DNA from: an uncultured Spirochaetota bacterium
Lineage (GTDB): Bacteria > Spirochaetota > Spirochaetia > SZUA-6 > Fen-1364
Length of the DNA stretch: 64,000 nucleotides
Reading direction: 5' to 3'
NCBI GenBank assembly: GCA_963781885.1
Contig: CAWAHW010000002.1
Location: 1,312,001-1,376,000 of the forward strand
Below are positions 19,260 to 28,454 of the stretch, one piece after another. A program made the position numbers and the translations under genes. The notes beneath the pieces are model-generated. The model was not told where the DNA came from and made no database searches. It worked only from the letters and a program-made list of their open reading frames with translations. The stretch's first letter is position 1, and each line of letters starts with the position of its first letter.

Positions 19260-19334
19260 GGGCGGCTAGCTCAGTTTGGTTAGAGCACCAGCTCGACACG
19301 CTGGGGGTCACTGGTTCGAGTCCAGTGCCGCCCA
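19260..19334 (+). tRNA. tRNA-Val(GAC), CCA end not encoded
   Basis: Acceptor GGGCGGC/GCCGCCC-A; D-arm GCTC...GAGC; anticodon arm CCAGC-TCGACAC-GCTGG; T-arm ACTGG-TTCGAGT-CCAGT. Confidence 0.95.
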
Positions 19335-19488
19335 TAGGCATGGAGGGACCGCGCGAGTCCCTTCAACGTGTTCCATAGCTCCGATATGCGCGAACGCGAA
19401 ACGACTTCCACTCCTAAAAAGCGGGGGTAGAGCTTTCATCGTCGAGCGGCGTCAACAGGCTCGGGGCGTGCCGCGGAGGAGTGCGGGA

Positions 19489-20136
19489 ATGGCGGACAAG
19501 GTTCCTCAAAGCGCGCGTATTGCCGACGGCTTCTCTCTCATCAGTTTCGGTTTTGTCGCCATGTACGTTTTCGATGCCGGCGACTGTCTCATTGCCTTCG
19601 ACACAGGAATGCGCGCGGGCACTCTTCTCGCCGAGTTCGCGAAGCTGGGCCTCGACCCGTCGCGGGTACGCCATGTCTTCCTCACGCATTCGGACATGGA
19701 TCATACCGGAGGCCTCCGTGCCTTTCCCGGCGCACAGGTATATCTCAGCCGGGACGAGCTTCCCATGGTGACGCGCGCGAAGCCGCGCTTCTTCAGCTTC
19801 GTCTTCAACAAACGCCTTGCGGCGGGGTACCAGACCCTGGGCGACGGAGAAGAGCGGCGCATCGGGAATGCCCGCATTCGCTGCCTGATGACGCCGGGGC
19901 ATACGCCGGGCTCGATGTCTTTTCTCATCAACAAAAAGATGCTGATCGTCGGTGACATCTTGAATCTGGACAAGGGAAAGGCAGTCATGGACCGGCCCAG
20001 GATCAACATGAACCACGTCCAGCGCAAGGCATCGATAGAAAAAATTGCGCGCGTGACCGGCGTCGACCTGCTGTGCACGATGCACAGCGGCTATACCGGC
20101 GATTTCGCCGCAGCCATGAAGGACTGGCAGACATAG
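19489..20136 (+). CDS. MBL-fold metallo-hydrolase
   Basis: THSDMDHTGG, TPGHTPGS, GD, H motifs; GGAGG RBS. Confidence 0.85.
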   Translation: MADKVPQSARIADGFSLISFGFVAMYVFDAGDCLIAFDTGMRAGTLLAEFAKLGLDPSRVRHVFLTHSDMDHTGGLRAFPGAQVYLSRDELPMVTRAKPRFFSFVFNKRLAAGYQTLGDGEERRIGNARIRCLMTPGHTPGSMSFLINKKMLIVGDILNLDKGKAVMDRPRINMNHVQRKASIEKIARVTGVDLLCTMHSGYTGDFAAAMKDWQT

Positions 20137-20258
20137 CCCCTGTCAGGCGCGGCGCGTGGAAAAGAGATCCGTGGGAAAGTCGCTTCACGGCGATGCGGAT
20201 TGACCATTGATGGCATTCCCTGTAGCTTCTTGGCGTTGACGTGCTCTTTCGGACCCGC

Positions 20259-20624
20259 ATGAAGCTCAGGATTCTCGATTACATCGCGATTGCCCTCTGT
20301 CTGCTGGTTATCGGTGGATTCTCTCTGTATGCCTACGCCGGAAGGAGCAGCGGGGGAGACGTCGTCATAGAGGCGTCCGGCTCGCAGTGGATTTATCCCC
20401 TGTCGACGGACAGACGGGAGGCGATCAAGGGCCCCCTGGGCGATACGATCGTCGTCATCAAGGCGGGCAAGGCGTTCGTTGAAGACTCCCCCTGTCCCGA
20501 CAAGCTGTGCGTGCACATGCCGGCAATCTCGAAGCCGGGGCAATGGATCGCCTGCCTGCCGAATCGAGTCTTCGTTCGCGTCCGGGGTTCCAGTGGCCAG
20601 GAAATCGACGATCTCTCTTACTAA
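20259..20624 (+). CDS. NusG domain II / DUF1312-like extracytoplasmic protein (EetA-like)
   Basis: N-terminal TM segment; GPLG, DSPCPDKLCV, IACLPNRV. Confidence 0.85.
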   Translation: MKLRILDYIAIALCLLVIGGFSLYAYAGRSSGGDVVIEASGSQWIYPLSTDRREAIKGPLGDTIVVIKAGKAFVEDSPCPDKLCVHMPAISKPGQWIACLPNRVFVRVRGSSGQEIDDLSY

Positions 20625-21148
20625 CCGGTTGGATCTCGTTGCCTTCATGGGGGCGATCTGTCTTTTTCTCTCCGCGATCGAATACATGATACCCAAGCCG
20701 ATCCCTTTCCTGCGGGTCGGCATCGCGAATGTGCCGATCCTCCTCTGTCTTGACATCCTGCCCGGTGCCGCTCCTGCTCCTCGTGGTGGTTCTCAAGGTG
20801 ATCGGCCAGGGGCTGATCGGCGGCACGCTCATCTCCTACGTGTTCCTGTTTTCCGCGGTCGGCTCATTTGCAAGCGCGCTCTCCATGCTCCTGTTCCGTC
20901 GGCTCTTTTCCACGCGCATCACCCTGGTCGGCGTGGGTGTGCTCGGCGCGCTCTTCAGCAACATCACGCAGATCCTGCTCGCGCGTGTCCTGATATTCGG
21001 GGAAGGCGCGTGGCTCATCGCGCCGCCCTTCCTTGCGCTGGGGACGGTCACGGCGACCCTCCTGGGTTTTTTTGCAGAGAGGTTCGCCGCCCGCTCCCGC
21101 TGGCTCGTCTCGGTGCGGAGCAGGGTCGCCGCTTCGAAGGCATCGTAA
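20593..21148 (+). CDS. Gx transporter / heptaprenyl diphosphate synthase component I family protein (EetB-like; frameshift at 20761-20763)
   Basis: LSAIEYMIPKPIPFLRVGIAN, then GTLISYVFLFSAVGS, GVLGALFSNITQ in the second frame; start uncertain. Confidence 0.8.
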
Positions 21149-21789
21149 TGGCGCGGCGGCAACAGGGCTCCTCGCTCCTTCAGCAGAACGCCTCTGCCCG
21201 CGTTCTTTTTCTCACCGGCGCCCTCCTCTTTCCCTCCTTCCTCCTCCAGCAGGACATCGCGATACGCGCCGCGCAGATCCTTCTTTTCCTTCTTCTCAAT
21301 CTGCTGAGCGGAAGGAGAATCAGGTTTCTGCAATACCTCGTCGTCAGCGCGGGCATCGTCATCTTCAACCTCGTGATCCCCACGGGCCGCGTGCTCGTTT
21401 CCCTGCTCGGTCTGGCCGTGACGGAAGGGGCGCTGAAGAGCGGGCTTCTGAAAGCCACGGCCATGACGGGGCTCATCGCGCTCTCCCAGTTCTCCATCCG
21501 CGGGGAGCTTCGATTCCCCGGTCGCGTCGGCGGACTGGTCGGACGATCGCTGTTCTATTTCGAGCGCATCATGGGAGGCCGGAAGAAGATCGACCGCAAG
21601 GACATCATCGGGAGCGTCGACGCCCTCCTGTTGGAGGTCCAGGCTGCGGGTCCGGCGCTCGCCGGCGAGACAGAAGACCCCGTGCCCACGACCCTGGCGG
21701 GCTACTCCATCCTCCTGCTGAGCGTCGTGGCGTGCTGGGGAGCATACGCCTTCACGCTCATGCACCCGCATCCGATCTGGGGCGGCTGA
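21148..21789 (+). CDS. Membrane protein resembling a shortened EcfT (FmnA-like)
   Basis: TAATG coupling to the upstream gene; IFNLVIPTGRVLVSLLGLAVTEGALKSGL resembles the EcfT/CbiQ mid-region. Confidence 0.55.
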   Translation: MARRQQGSSLLQQNASARVLFLTGALLFPSFLLQQDIAIRAAQILLFLLLNLLSGRRIRFLQYLVVSAGIVIFNLVIPTGRVLVSLLGLAVTEGALKSGLLKATAMTGLIALSQFSIRGELRFPGRVGGLVGRSLFYFERIMGGRKKIDRKDIIGSVDALLLEVQAAGPALAGETEDPVPTTLAGYSILLLSVVACWGAYAFTLMHPHPIWGG

Positions 21790-21844
21790 GCGGGGCGGCC
21801 CGCGCCGATTGTCCCGCAAGCCCCGTTTTGCTACGCTCCGTGCC

Positions 21845-22762
21845 GTGATTCGTGAGCTCGTCACAAATGTCGTGCGATTCGGTTTCGACTTCCGCTCGTG
21901 GCGGGCCGGCTTCAAGGCGTTGCGGGCACCCTCGCTCGTCATTGCGGCTTTTTCGTGCGCGCTGGGCATTGTACTTGCCTTCCACGATGGGCGCGGGGAC
22001 CTCCTGAATGCCGCGGCCGTCCTGGTCACGGGTCTGCTCCTCCAGGCGGGAGTCAATCTCGTCAACGACTTCTTTGAGTTCCGCCAGCGCCGTGTCGATG
22101 ACAAGGTCCATGCTCTTGGTTTTTCCCCGAAGGACCGGGACCTGCTGGAGATCTACATCTTCCTCGTCGGCCTCGCGCTCTTCGGCCTTGCGGGCCTTTT
22201 CGGACTTTTCCTGGCGTGGAGGGTGGGGTGGCCCATCATCGTACTGGGCGCATTCGGTTTCATGACGGGATTCTTCTACACGGGTGAGCCCCTGAACTAT
22301 AAAAGAAGGGGTCTCGCGGTCCCGCTGGTTTTTTTCATCATGGGTGTGCCGATGATCGCAGGCTCGTACTATGCCGTTGCCCGTACCCTCACCGCGGGTG
22401 CCGTCTTTGCATCGATCCCGGTCAGCTTCCTCATTTCCCTCATCCTGCTTGCCAATGAGCTTCGCGACTACGAATCGGACGTGCGCTACGGCATCCGCAC
22501 GCTGACGGTGCGCATCGGCTACAACAGGGGAATCGTCCTGTTCTGCATCCTGCTTTTCTGCGCGTATGCGAGCCCGATCGTGCTCTGGCTGTGCGGGGCC
22601 ATTCCCTTTCTCTGGCTGTTTTACGTTGCGCTGCCATTCATCGTGCCGCCTTTTCTCTTCATATGGAGACCGCCGGAGAAGCGTCACCCCCTCATTCCGC
22701 TCGTGATGCTCCACCACCTTGCATACGGCGTCCTGTACTGCGTGGCGTTTTTCATGCGATAA
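21845..22762 (+). CDS. menA: UbiA/MenA-family prenyltransferase (DmkA-like)
   Basis: LRAPSL, NLVNDFFEF...D, FYTGEP, LLANELRDYESD...GIRTL; GTG start 7 nt after TTGTCC-N17-TACGCT. Confidence 0.8.
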   Translation: MIRELVTNVVRFGFDFRSWRAGFKALRAPSLVIAAFSCALGIVLAFHDGRGDLLNAAAVLVTGLLLQAGVNLVNDFFEFRQRRVDDKVHALGFSPKDRDLLEIYIFLVGLALFGLAGLFGLFLAWRVGWPIIVLGAFGFMTGFFYTGEPLNYKRRGLAVPLVFFIMGVPMIAGSYYAVARTLTAGAVFASIPVSFLISLILLANELRDYESDVRYGIRTLTVRIGYNRGIVLFCILLFCAYASPIVLWLCGAIPFLWLFYVALPFIVPPFLFIWRPPEKRHPLIPLVMLHHLAYGVLYCVAFFMR

Positions 22763-22788
22763 ACGCCGCTGGAAAGAGGAGAAGAAAG

Positions 22789-23728
22789 ATGATCCGAAAT
22801 CGTGTCCTTGCCTTGCTTTTCGCGGTATGCTGCGCGGCGCCGCTTGCCGCGCAGCTTTCCATCGGGCTCATGCCGGCGTGCAATTCCATCCCGTTTGTCG
22901 TCGCGGAGAAGAAGGGACTATTCGCCGCGCACGGCCTGCAGGTGACCCTCGTGCCCTTCACCGGTCAGCTGGAGCGCGAGACCGCGCTGCAAACGGGCGC
23001 CCTGGACGGGACCGTCTCCGATCTCATCAATGCAATACAGTCATGGTCCCACGGCTCGGGCGCCCGGGTGACCTCCGTGACGGAAGGCAATTTCGCGCTG
23101 CTTTCATCGCCCGGCTCTTCCCTGAAAAGCCTCTCCGACTGGAAGGCCCGCACGAGCGGTTCTGTGCGCACGGGACTGCTGGAAAACAGCATTGTCTTCT
23201 ACCTCAGCGAGCGCATGGTCATGGCCGCGGGCGCGGACCCGAAGCGCATCGAGCTCGTGCCCATCGTGCAGATTCCCGCGCGCCTGGAGATGCTGCTTGC
23301 CGGGCAAGTCGAAGCGGCATGCCTGCCGGATCCCCTCTGCCACCCTGGCAGCTTCCCGCGGCGCCCACCTGCTCGCTGATTCGGACGGCATGGGAACGAC
23401 ACCGGGCGTGCTCCTGTTCACCGCCAAAGCCATTGCGGAGAAGCGCAATCAGATCGTCCAGCTCTACGCGGCCTACAACGACGCCGTGCGCGAGGTGAAC
23501 GCCCATCCCGAGGACTATCGCGCCGCCATCGTTGCCGGCTGCGAGTTTCCGCCCGCGGTCACGAGCGTCATGAAGATACCGCAGTTCAAGCCGGCATTCC
23601 TTCCGTCGGAGGCGCTCGTGCGGGACGTTGCCCTTTGGATGAAGGAAAAATCACTGGTCGATCGCGTCCCCGGATACACCGACCTCATCGTCGCCGACAT
23701 TCTCGGCTCTCATGCTGGCGCTCAGTGA
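22789..23728 (+). CDS. NitT/TauT-type ABC transporter substrate-binding protein (frameshift near 23337)
   Basis: Signal peptide; IGLMP...PFVVAEKKGLF, ERETALQTGALDG, IPARLEML...ACLPDP. Confidence 0.8.
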
Positions 23729-24452
23729 TTGCACCGCTGCCTACGATGCCGGCCCCGTGCTGCAGGCCGTCAGCCTGACCGTGCAGGAAGGGAGAACGGG
23801 ATGCATCATCGGGCCCAGCGGATGCGGCAAGACGACCCTTCTGATGCTGGCGGCGGGTCTGAAGGAGCCGCTGACCGGCGAGGTGGATCTTGACGGCGCG
23901 CCGGTGTGTGCGGGTGACAGGCGCATCGGGCTCATCATCCAGCACTACGGGCTGTTTCCGTGGCTGACGGCGCGCGGCAATGTCGCGCTGGGACTGCGGA
24001 TGCGTCATGTGCCGAAGCCCGAGCTGACGGCCCGGACCGACCGCGAGCTCGACCGCGTCGGCCTGCGGGATGTCGCCGACCGCTACCCGCTGCAGCTGAG
24101 CGGAGGCCAGCAGCAACGGGTGGCGATTGCGCGCTGCATGGCGCTGGATCCGCGGCTCCTGCTCATGGACGAGCCTTTCTCGGCGCTTGATGCCTTGAGC
24201 AGGGAGACGCTGCAGGACCTCCTCCTTGCATCCCTTGCGGCGCGGCATATGACCGTTCTCATTGTCACGCACAGCATCGAGGAGGCGGCCATCCTCGGCG
24301 CGCGCATCTGGGTGATGGAAGGCGGGCCGGGCCGTATCAGGACGTGCTTCGAGAATCCCGGTCAGGGCAGCGAGGGCTACCGTCGGACGCCGGCGTATTT
24401 CCGCGTGTGCACCGAGCTTCGACGCGCGATGCAGGAAGGGACGTCCCCATGA
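23712..24452 (+). CDS. ABC transporter ATP-binding protein (NitT/TauT type)
   Basis: GPSGCGKT, LSGGQQQR, LLMDEPFSALD, VTHSIEEA. Confidence 0.9.
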   Translation: MLALSDCTAAYDAGPVLQAVSLTVQEGRTGCIIGPSGCGKTTLLMLAAGLKEPLTGEVDLDGAPVCAGDRRIGLIIQHYGLFPWLTARGNVALGLRMRHVPKPELTARTDRELDRVGLRDVADRYPLQLSGGQQQRVAIARCMALDPRLLLMDEPFSALDALSRETLQDLLLASLAARHMTVLIVTHSIEEAAILGARIWVMEGGPGRIRTCFENPGQGSEGYRRTPAYFRVCTELRRAMQEGTSP

Positions 24453-25201
24453 GCCGGGCCGTGCGCGGCGGCATCCTTGGCGTCGTGGCGCTCACGGCGC
24501 TTTGGTGGGCGCTCTCCCTGGTCATTGCCGGCGGCTTTCTCCCGTCGCCGATCGTCGTCGTGCCCCGTCTTCTCTTCCTGTTGCCGCGCGGTCTCCTGAT
24601 TCACGTCGCGGCGAGCCTCGGGCGCATCGGGGTCGCGCTCGGCGTCTCTATCGTCACCGCCGTGCCGGCGGGTCTTGCAATCGGACGGAGCAAAGTGCTC
24701 GACCGGCTCTTCTCTCCCATCGCCTACCTCCTTTACCCGGTGCCCAAGATCGCGCTCCTGCCGGTCATCATGCTCCTCTTCGGGCTCGGGAACGTGTCGA
24801 AGGTGGTGATCGTCTTTCTCGTGCTCTTCTTCCAGGTGCTCGTCGCCACGCGAGATGCGGCCCACCAGATACCCGCGCAGTACCTGCTTTCCCTCCGATC
24901 GCTCGGGGGAACGCGCATGCAGGCGGCGCGCTACGTCCTCCTGCCCGCCTTGCTGCCTTCCCTCCTGTCTTCGCTGCGCATCGGCACGGGCACGGCGCTT
25001 GCCGTGCTCTTTTTCGCGGAGACGTTCGGCACCAGCCGGGGCCTTGGCTGGTTCGTGATGGAGAGTTGGATGCGCATGTCGTACGTCGACATGTTCGCCG
25101 GCATCCTCTGTCTCGGCGTCGTCGGCCTGGGCATATTCCTTGCCATCGATGCGCTCTACCGGCGTCTCTGTCGATGGCAGGTGGCCGCCCGCGCTACTTG
25201 A
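24449..25201 (+). CDS. ABC transporter permease (NitT/TauT type)
   Basis: YPVPKIALLP, EAA-like loop SLRSLGGT, multiple TM segments. Confidence 0.9.
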   Translation: MSRAVRGGILGVVALTALWWALSLVIAGGFLPSPIVVVPRLLFLLPRGLLIHVAASLGRIGVALGVSIVTAVPAGLAIGRSKVLDRLFSPIAYLLYPVPKIALLPVIMLLFGLGNVSKVVIVFLVLFFQVLVATRDAAHQIPAQYLLSLRSLGGTRMQAARYVLLPALLPSLLSSLRIGTGTALAVLFFAETFGTSRGLGWFVMESWMRMSYVDMFAGILCLGVVGLGIFLAIDALYRRLCRWQVAARAT

Positions 25202-26231
25202 GCACCGTGTAGCCTGTGTCGGTGAGCGTGAATCGAGACCGCAGCCCCGGGGTCACATAGATCTCCTTGTTCTCCGTGATGAAGACCGCTTCGATCGTGC
25301 CCGACCTGGATTCTACGAACTTGCGGCCCTCATCCAGGCCCAGGGTGAAGACAAGCGTGTCGTAGCCGTCCGCGGTGAGGGAATCCGGCGCGAGTATGGC
25401 GACGGCCGAAAGCCCGTTCCACGCCGGGAAACCCGTGCGCGCATCGAGGATGTGGAAATAGCGCTTGCCGTTCTGCTCGAAGAAGCGCTCGTAGGTGCCC
25501 GCGGTCGTGACCGAGCCGCCCGTGATGTCGACATAGCCGATCATCGTGCCGCGCGCTTCGAGGGGATTCTGGATCCCGATGCGCCATGGCGCGCGGTCGG
25601 GCTTGGTGCCCATGACAAGGACGTTGCCGCCCAGGTCCACCAGCGCGGAGCTCACGCCGTTGGCGCGCAGGATGCGCACCACCTCGTCTGCGGCGTAGCC
25701 TTTCGCCACCGAGCCGAGGTCGATCCCCATGCCGGGCTTTTTGAGGAACACCGTGGAGTTTTTCTCATCCAGCACGACGTCGCGGTAGTTGATGAGCCGG
25801 ATGGCCGCTTTTATCTCCTTGTCGCCGGGGATGCGCGCCGCCGGAGTCCCGATGCCCCAGAGCTGGACCAGCGGCGCGACCGTGATGTCGAAGGCGCCGT
25901 TTCCGTCCGCGGAATAGCGAAGACCGTTGGCGATCACGTCGAAAACATCCGGGGTCACCTTGACCGGGCGGAACCCGGCGGCCTTGTTGACCTCGATGAG
26001 CTCGCTGTCGGGCTTGTTGATCGTCATGCGCGCTTCGATCTCCGCCAGGCGCGCGAAAGCCTTGTCGAGCACCGCCTCGGAGCCCCCCGCGTAGAGCCGG
26101 ATGAGGCAGGTCGTGCCCAGCAGGTTGTATTCCGTTCGCTCTAGGGGCGGAGCGGCCCACGCGGCCAGAGAAGCAAAAAAAACAAGCGCGGCGGCTGAAA
26201 GCCCCCGCGCGCGATGGATCGAAAATGTCAT
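25194..26231 (-). CDS. apbE: FAD:protein FMN transferase ApbE (FmnB-like)
   Basis: LGT, AFDITV, IDLGSVAKGYAAD, DLGGN, WRIGIQNP, YERFF...YFHILDARTG; signal peptide without a lipobox. Confidence 0.92.
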   Translation of the reverse strand: MTFSIHRARGLSAAALVFFASLAAWAAPPLERTEYNLLGTTCLIRLYAGGSEAVLDKAFARLAEIEARMTINKPDSELIEVNKAAGFRPVKVTPDVFDVIANGLRYSADGNGAFDITVAPLVQLWGIGTPAARIPGDKEIKAAIRLINYRDVVLDEKNSTVFLKKPGMGIDLGSVAKGYAADEVVRILRANGVSSALVDLGGNVLVMGTKPDRAPWRIGIQNPLEARGTMIGYVDITGGSVTTAGTYERFFEQNGKRYFHILDARTGFPAWNGLSAVAILAPDSLTADGYDTLVFTLGLDEGRKFVESRSGTIEAVFITENKEIYVTPGLRSRFTLTDTGYTVLK

Positions 26232-26281
26232 GCGCCTTTATACCATGCGGGCGCGGGCCGTGGGCACTGGCAGCGGTCCAG

Positions 26282-26309
26282 TTGACAATTCCGAGTAGGG
26301 GGATACGAT
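26282..26309 (+). promoter_or_regulatory. sigma70-type promoter of the ndh2-like gene
   Basis: TTGACA-N16-TACGAT; GAGGGGAG RBS before ATG 26334. Confidence 0.7.
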
Positions 26310-26333
26310 GTGTGGATTCCTGAGGGGAGAATT

Positions 26334-28451
26334 ATGCCAGACACGATTCGCATCGCCGTGCTTGGTGGCGGGTACGGCGGCGTGGAGGCTGCCAAAGTGC
26401 TCGAGCGCAGGCTCGGCGGACGCAGCAATATAGAGATCAGTCTCATCGACCGAAACTCCTATCACACCCTGATGACCGAGCTCCACGAGGTCGCCGGGGG
26501 CAGGGTCGAGCCGGAGTCCGTGCAGATCAGCTTCCGCAAGATATTTGGCGCCCGCCGCGTCAGGCTGGTGACGGACCGCATCCGCACGATCGATTTCGAA
26601 AAGCGGGTCATGATTTCCGACCTTGCGCAGTATCCCTACGATTACCTGGTCATCGGCGCGGGCGGCGAGCCCGAGTACTACGGCATTCCCGGCATCAAGG
26701 AGAACTCCTTCTCCCTGTGGTCATTCGATGACGCGATGCGGATCCGGCGGCACATCGAAGACCTCTATCGGCGCGCGTCCGCGGAACCGGACCCCGTGCG
26801 GCGGTCGGAGATGCTCACATTCGTCGTGGCGGGTGCCGGCTTCACGGGCATCGAGCTCGCCGGCGAGCTGATGGATCAGCGCCGCGTGATGTGCCGGCAG
26901 TACCTCATCGACGAGAAGGACGTGAAGATCATCGTCGTGGAAGCGCTGGATGCGATCATCCCCAACCTCCCCGGGAAGCTGCAGGCGCGCGCGCGCCAGT
27001 ACCTGGAGCGGCGCGGCATCCAGTTCATGCTCCATTCCCCCATCGTCGGCGCGGAGGCCGGCAAGGTGCTGCTCGGTGGCGGCGTGTCGGTCGCCACGCA
27101 GACGTTCATCTGGACGTGCGGCATCCAGGGCTGCGAGTTCGCGGGCAATCTCGCCCTCACCAAGGGGAAGTGCTCCAACAGGCTCTGCCGCTTCGCCACG
27201 ACGCAGGGGACCTGCGGGGTCAAGGACTGCACGTTCTCCAAGGATCGCTATATCGAGGGGAAGCGGGGAAGGCTCCTCACCAACGAGTACATGCAGTCGG
27301 TGGACTACAACAACGTCTACGTCGTGGGCGACGTCGCGTGGTACGTCGAAGGCAAGAAGGTCATGCCGCAGATCGTGGAATCCGCCGTGCAGACGGCGGA
27401 AACAGCCGCGCACAACATCATCGCCGACATCGACCATGAGGCGATGAAGACGTTCACGTCCAACTATCACGGCATCATGGTGTCGCTGGGCACCTACGCG
27501 GGCGTCGCGCACGTCATGGGCATTTCCCTGACGCGCATCTTCGCCATCGCGGTGAAGCACATGATCAACGTCGTGCACCTCTTCGGCGTCGCCGGGGTGA
27601 ACCAGGTCTGGGAATACGTGAAGCACGAGTTCCTCGACGTGAAGAACGCGCGCTCGTTCATTGGCGGTCTTGCCTCTTACAAGATACGCGGCTACTGGCC
27701 GCTCCTCCTGCGCATGTGGCTGGGTTTCATGTGGGTGGTGGAAGCGACGAACAAGATCACCCAGGGCTGGCTGGACTTCTCCTCGGGCCAGAGCAAGACG
27801 GGCTGGATGTTCTCCAACGGCGTCGTGCAGGCCGGGATCAAGGCCGCGGATGCCACCAGCTCCGCGTCGGTCTCCGCCGCTGCGGGCGCGGCCGCCGCAC
27901 CCGCCGTGGCAGCCGCGACCTCTGCCGCCTCCCAGGCCGCCAGCGCGGCACCGGCAGTCGCGGCAGCCGCAGCCGATGCGACCTCGGCCGCCTCCCAGGC
28001 GGCCAGTGCGGCGCCGGCCGCTGTCGCCGTTGCCCACACCGCGGCGCCCGGACCGTGGATGGATACGACAAAGACCATCCTGGACCCCCAGTCCGGCGTC
28101 GTGACGTGGTTCCGTCACTGGTTCATGGACGGCATCTTCTCCCACGTCGCCTACAGCTGGTTCCAGGTCATCATCGTCATGACGGAGCTGCTCGTCGGGC
28201 TTGCGCTTTTCGGCGGCTTCTTCACCTGGTGGGCCGCTCTCGTGTCGCTCGGGCTCTGCGTGATCTTCACGTTCTCCGGCATGTTCGCCTGGAACCAGCT
28301 CTGGTTCTTCTTCGCCGCCATCCTCATGCTCGGCGGAGTGGGCAGGGCATTCGGGATCGATTCCTGGACCGTGCCTTTCTTCAAGAGGTGGTGGAACGGG
28401 ACACGATTCGCGCGGCGGACGAGATTCTATGCCGATGGGCCTTCAAAGTAG
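26334..28451 (+). CDS. Type II NADH dehydrogenase with a C-terminal DoxX-like membrane domain (Ndh2-like)
   Basis: VLGGGYGG, TELHEVA, YDYLVIG, VAGAGFTGIELAGEL, VVGD, PQIVE; C-terminal LRMWLG...ELLVGLALFGGFFT...GRAFGID. Confidence 0.9.
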   Translation: MPDTIRIAVLGGGYGGVEAAKVLERRLGGRSNIEISLIDRNSYHTLMTELHEVAGGRVEPESVQISFRKIFGARRVRLVTDRIRTIDFEKRVMISDLAQYPYDYLVIGAGGEPEYYGIPGIKENSFSLWSFDDAMRIRRHIEDLYRRASAEPDPVRRSEMLTFVVAGAGFTGIELAGELMDQRRVMCRQYLIDEKDVKIIVVEALDAIIPNLPGKLQARARQYLERRGIQFMLHSPIVGAEAGKVLLGGGVSVATQTFIWTCGIQGCEFAGNLALTKGKCSNRLCRFATTQGTCGVKDCTFSKDRYIEGKRGRLLTNEYMQSVDYNNVYVVGDVAWYVEGKKVMPQIVESAVQTAETAAHNIIADIDHEAMKTFTSNYHGIMVSLGTYAGVAHVMGISLTRIFAIAVKHMINVVHLFGVAGVNQVWEYVKHEFLDVKNARSFIGGLASYKIRGYWPLLLRMWLGFMWVVEATNKITQGWLDFSSGQSKTGWMFSNGVVQAGIKAADATSSASVSAAAGAAAAPAVAAATSAASQAASAAPAVAAAAADATSAASQAASAAPAAVAVAHTAAPGPWMDTTKTILDPQSGVVTWFRHWFMDGIFSHVAYSWFQVIIVMTELLVGLALFGGFFTWWAALVSLGLCVIFTFSGMFAWNQLWFFFAAILMLGGVGRAFGIDSWTVPFFKRWWNGTRFARRTRFYADGPSK

Positions 28452-28454
28452 GGC

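Noticed and set aside
19335-20136. Genomic island integrated at tRNA-Val, or a riboswitch before the MBL gene
   Set aside because: No integrase and no duplicated tRNA 3' end seen. Only a simple hairpin (GAGGGAC/GTCCCTT), with no recognisable aptamer.
4899-20765. Programmed ribosomal frameshifting at TGCCCGG
   Set aside because: The motif follows the + strand regardless of gene orientation, and the same heptamer occurs in-frame in intact genes (e.g. near 8950 and 48229).
20479-21789. 436-aa ORF read as a single fusion protein
   Set aside because: It arises from the frameshift at 20761. Repairing it gives two genes coupled by TAATG at 21146-21150.
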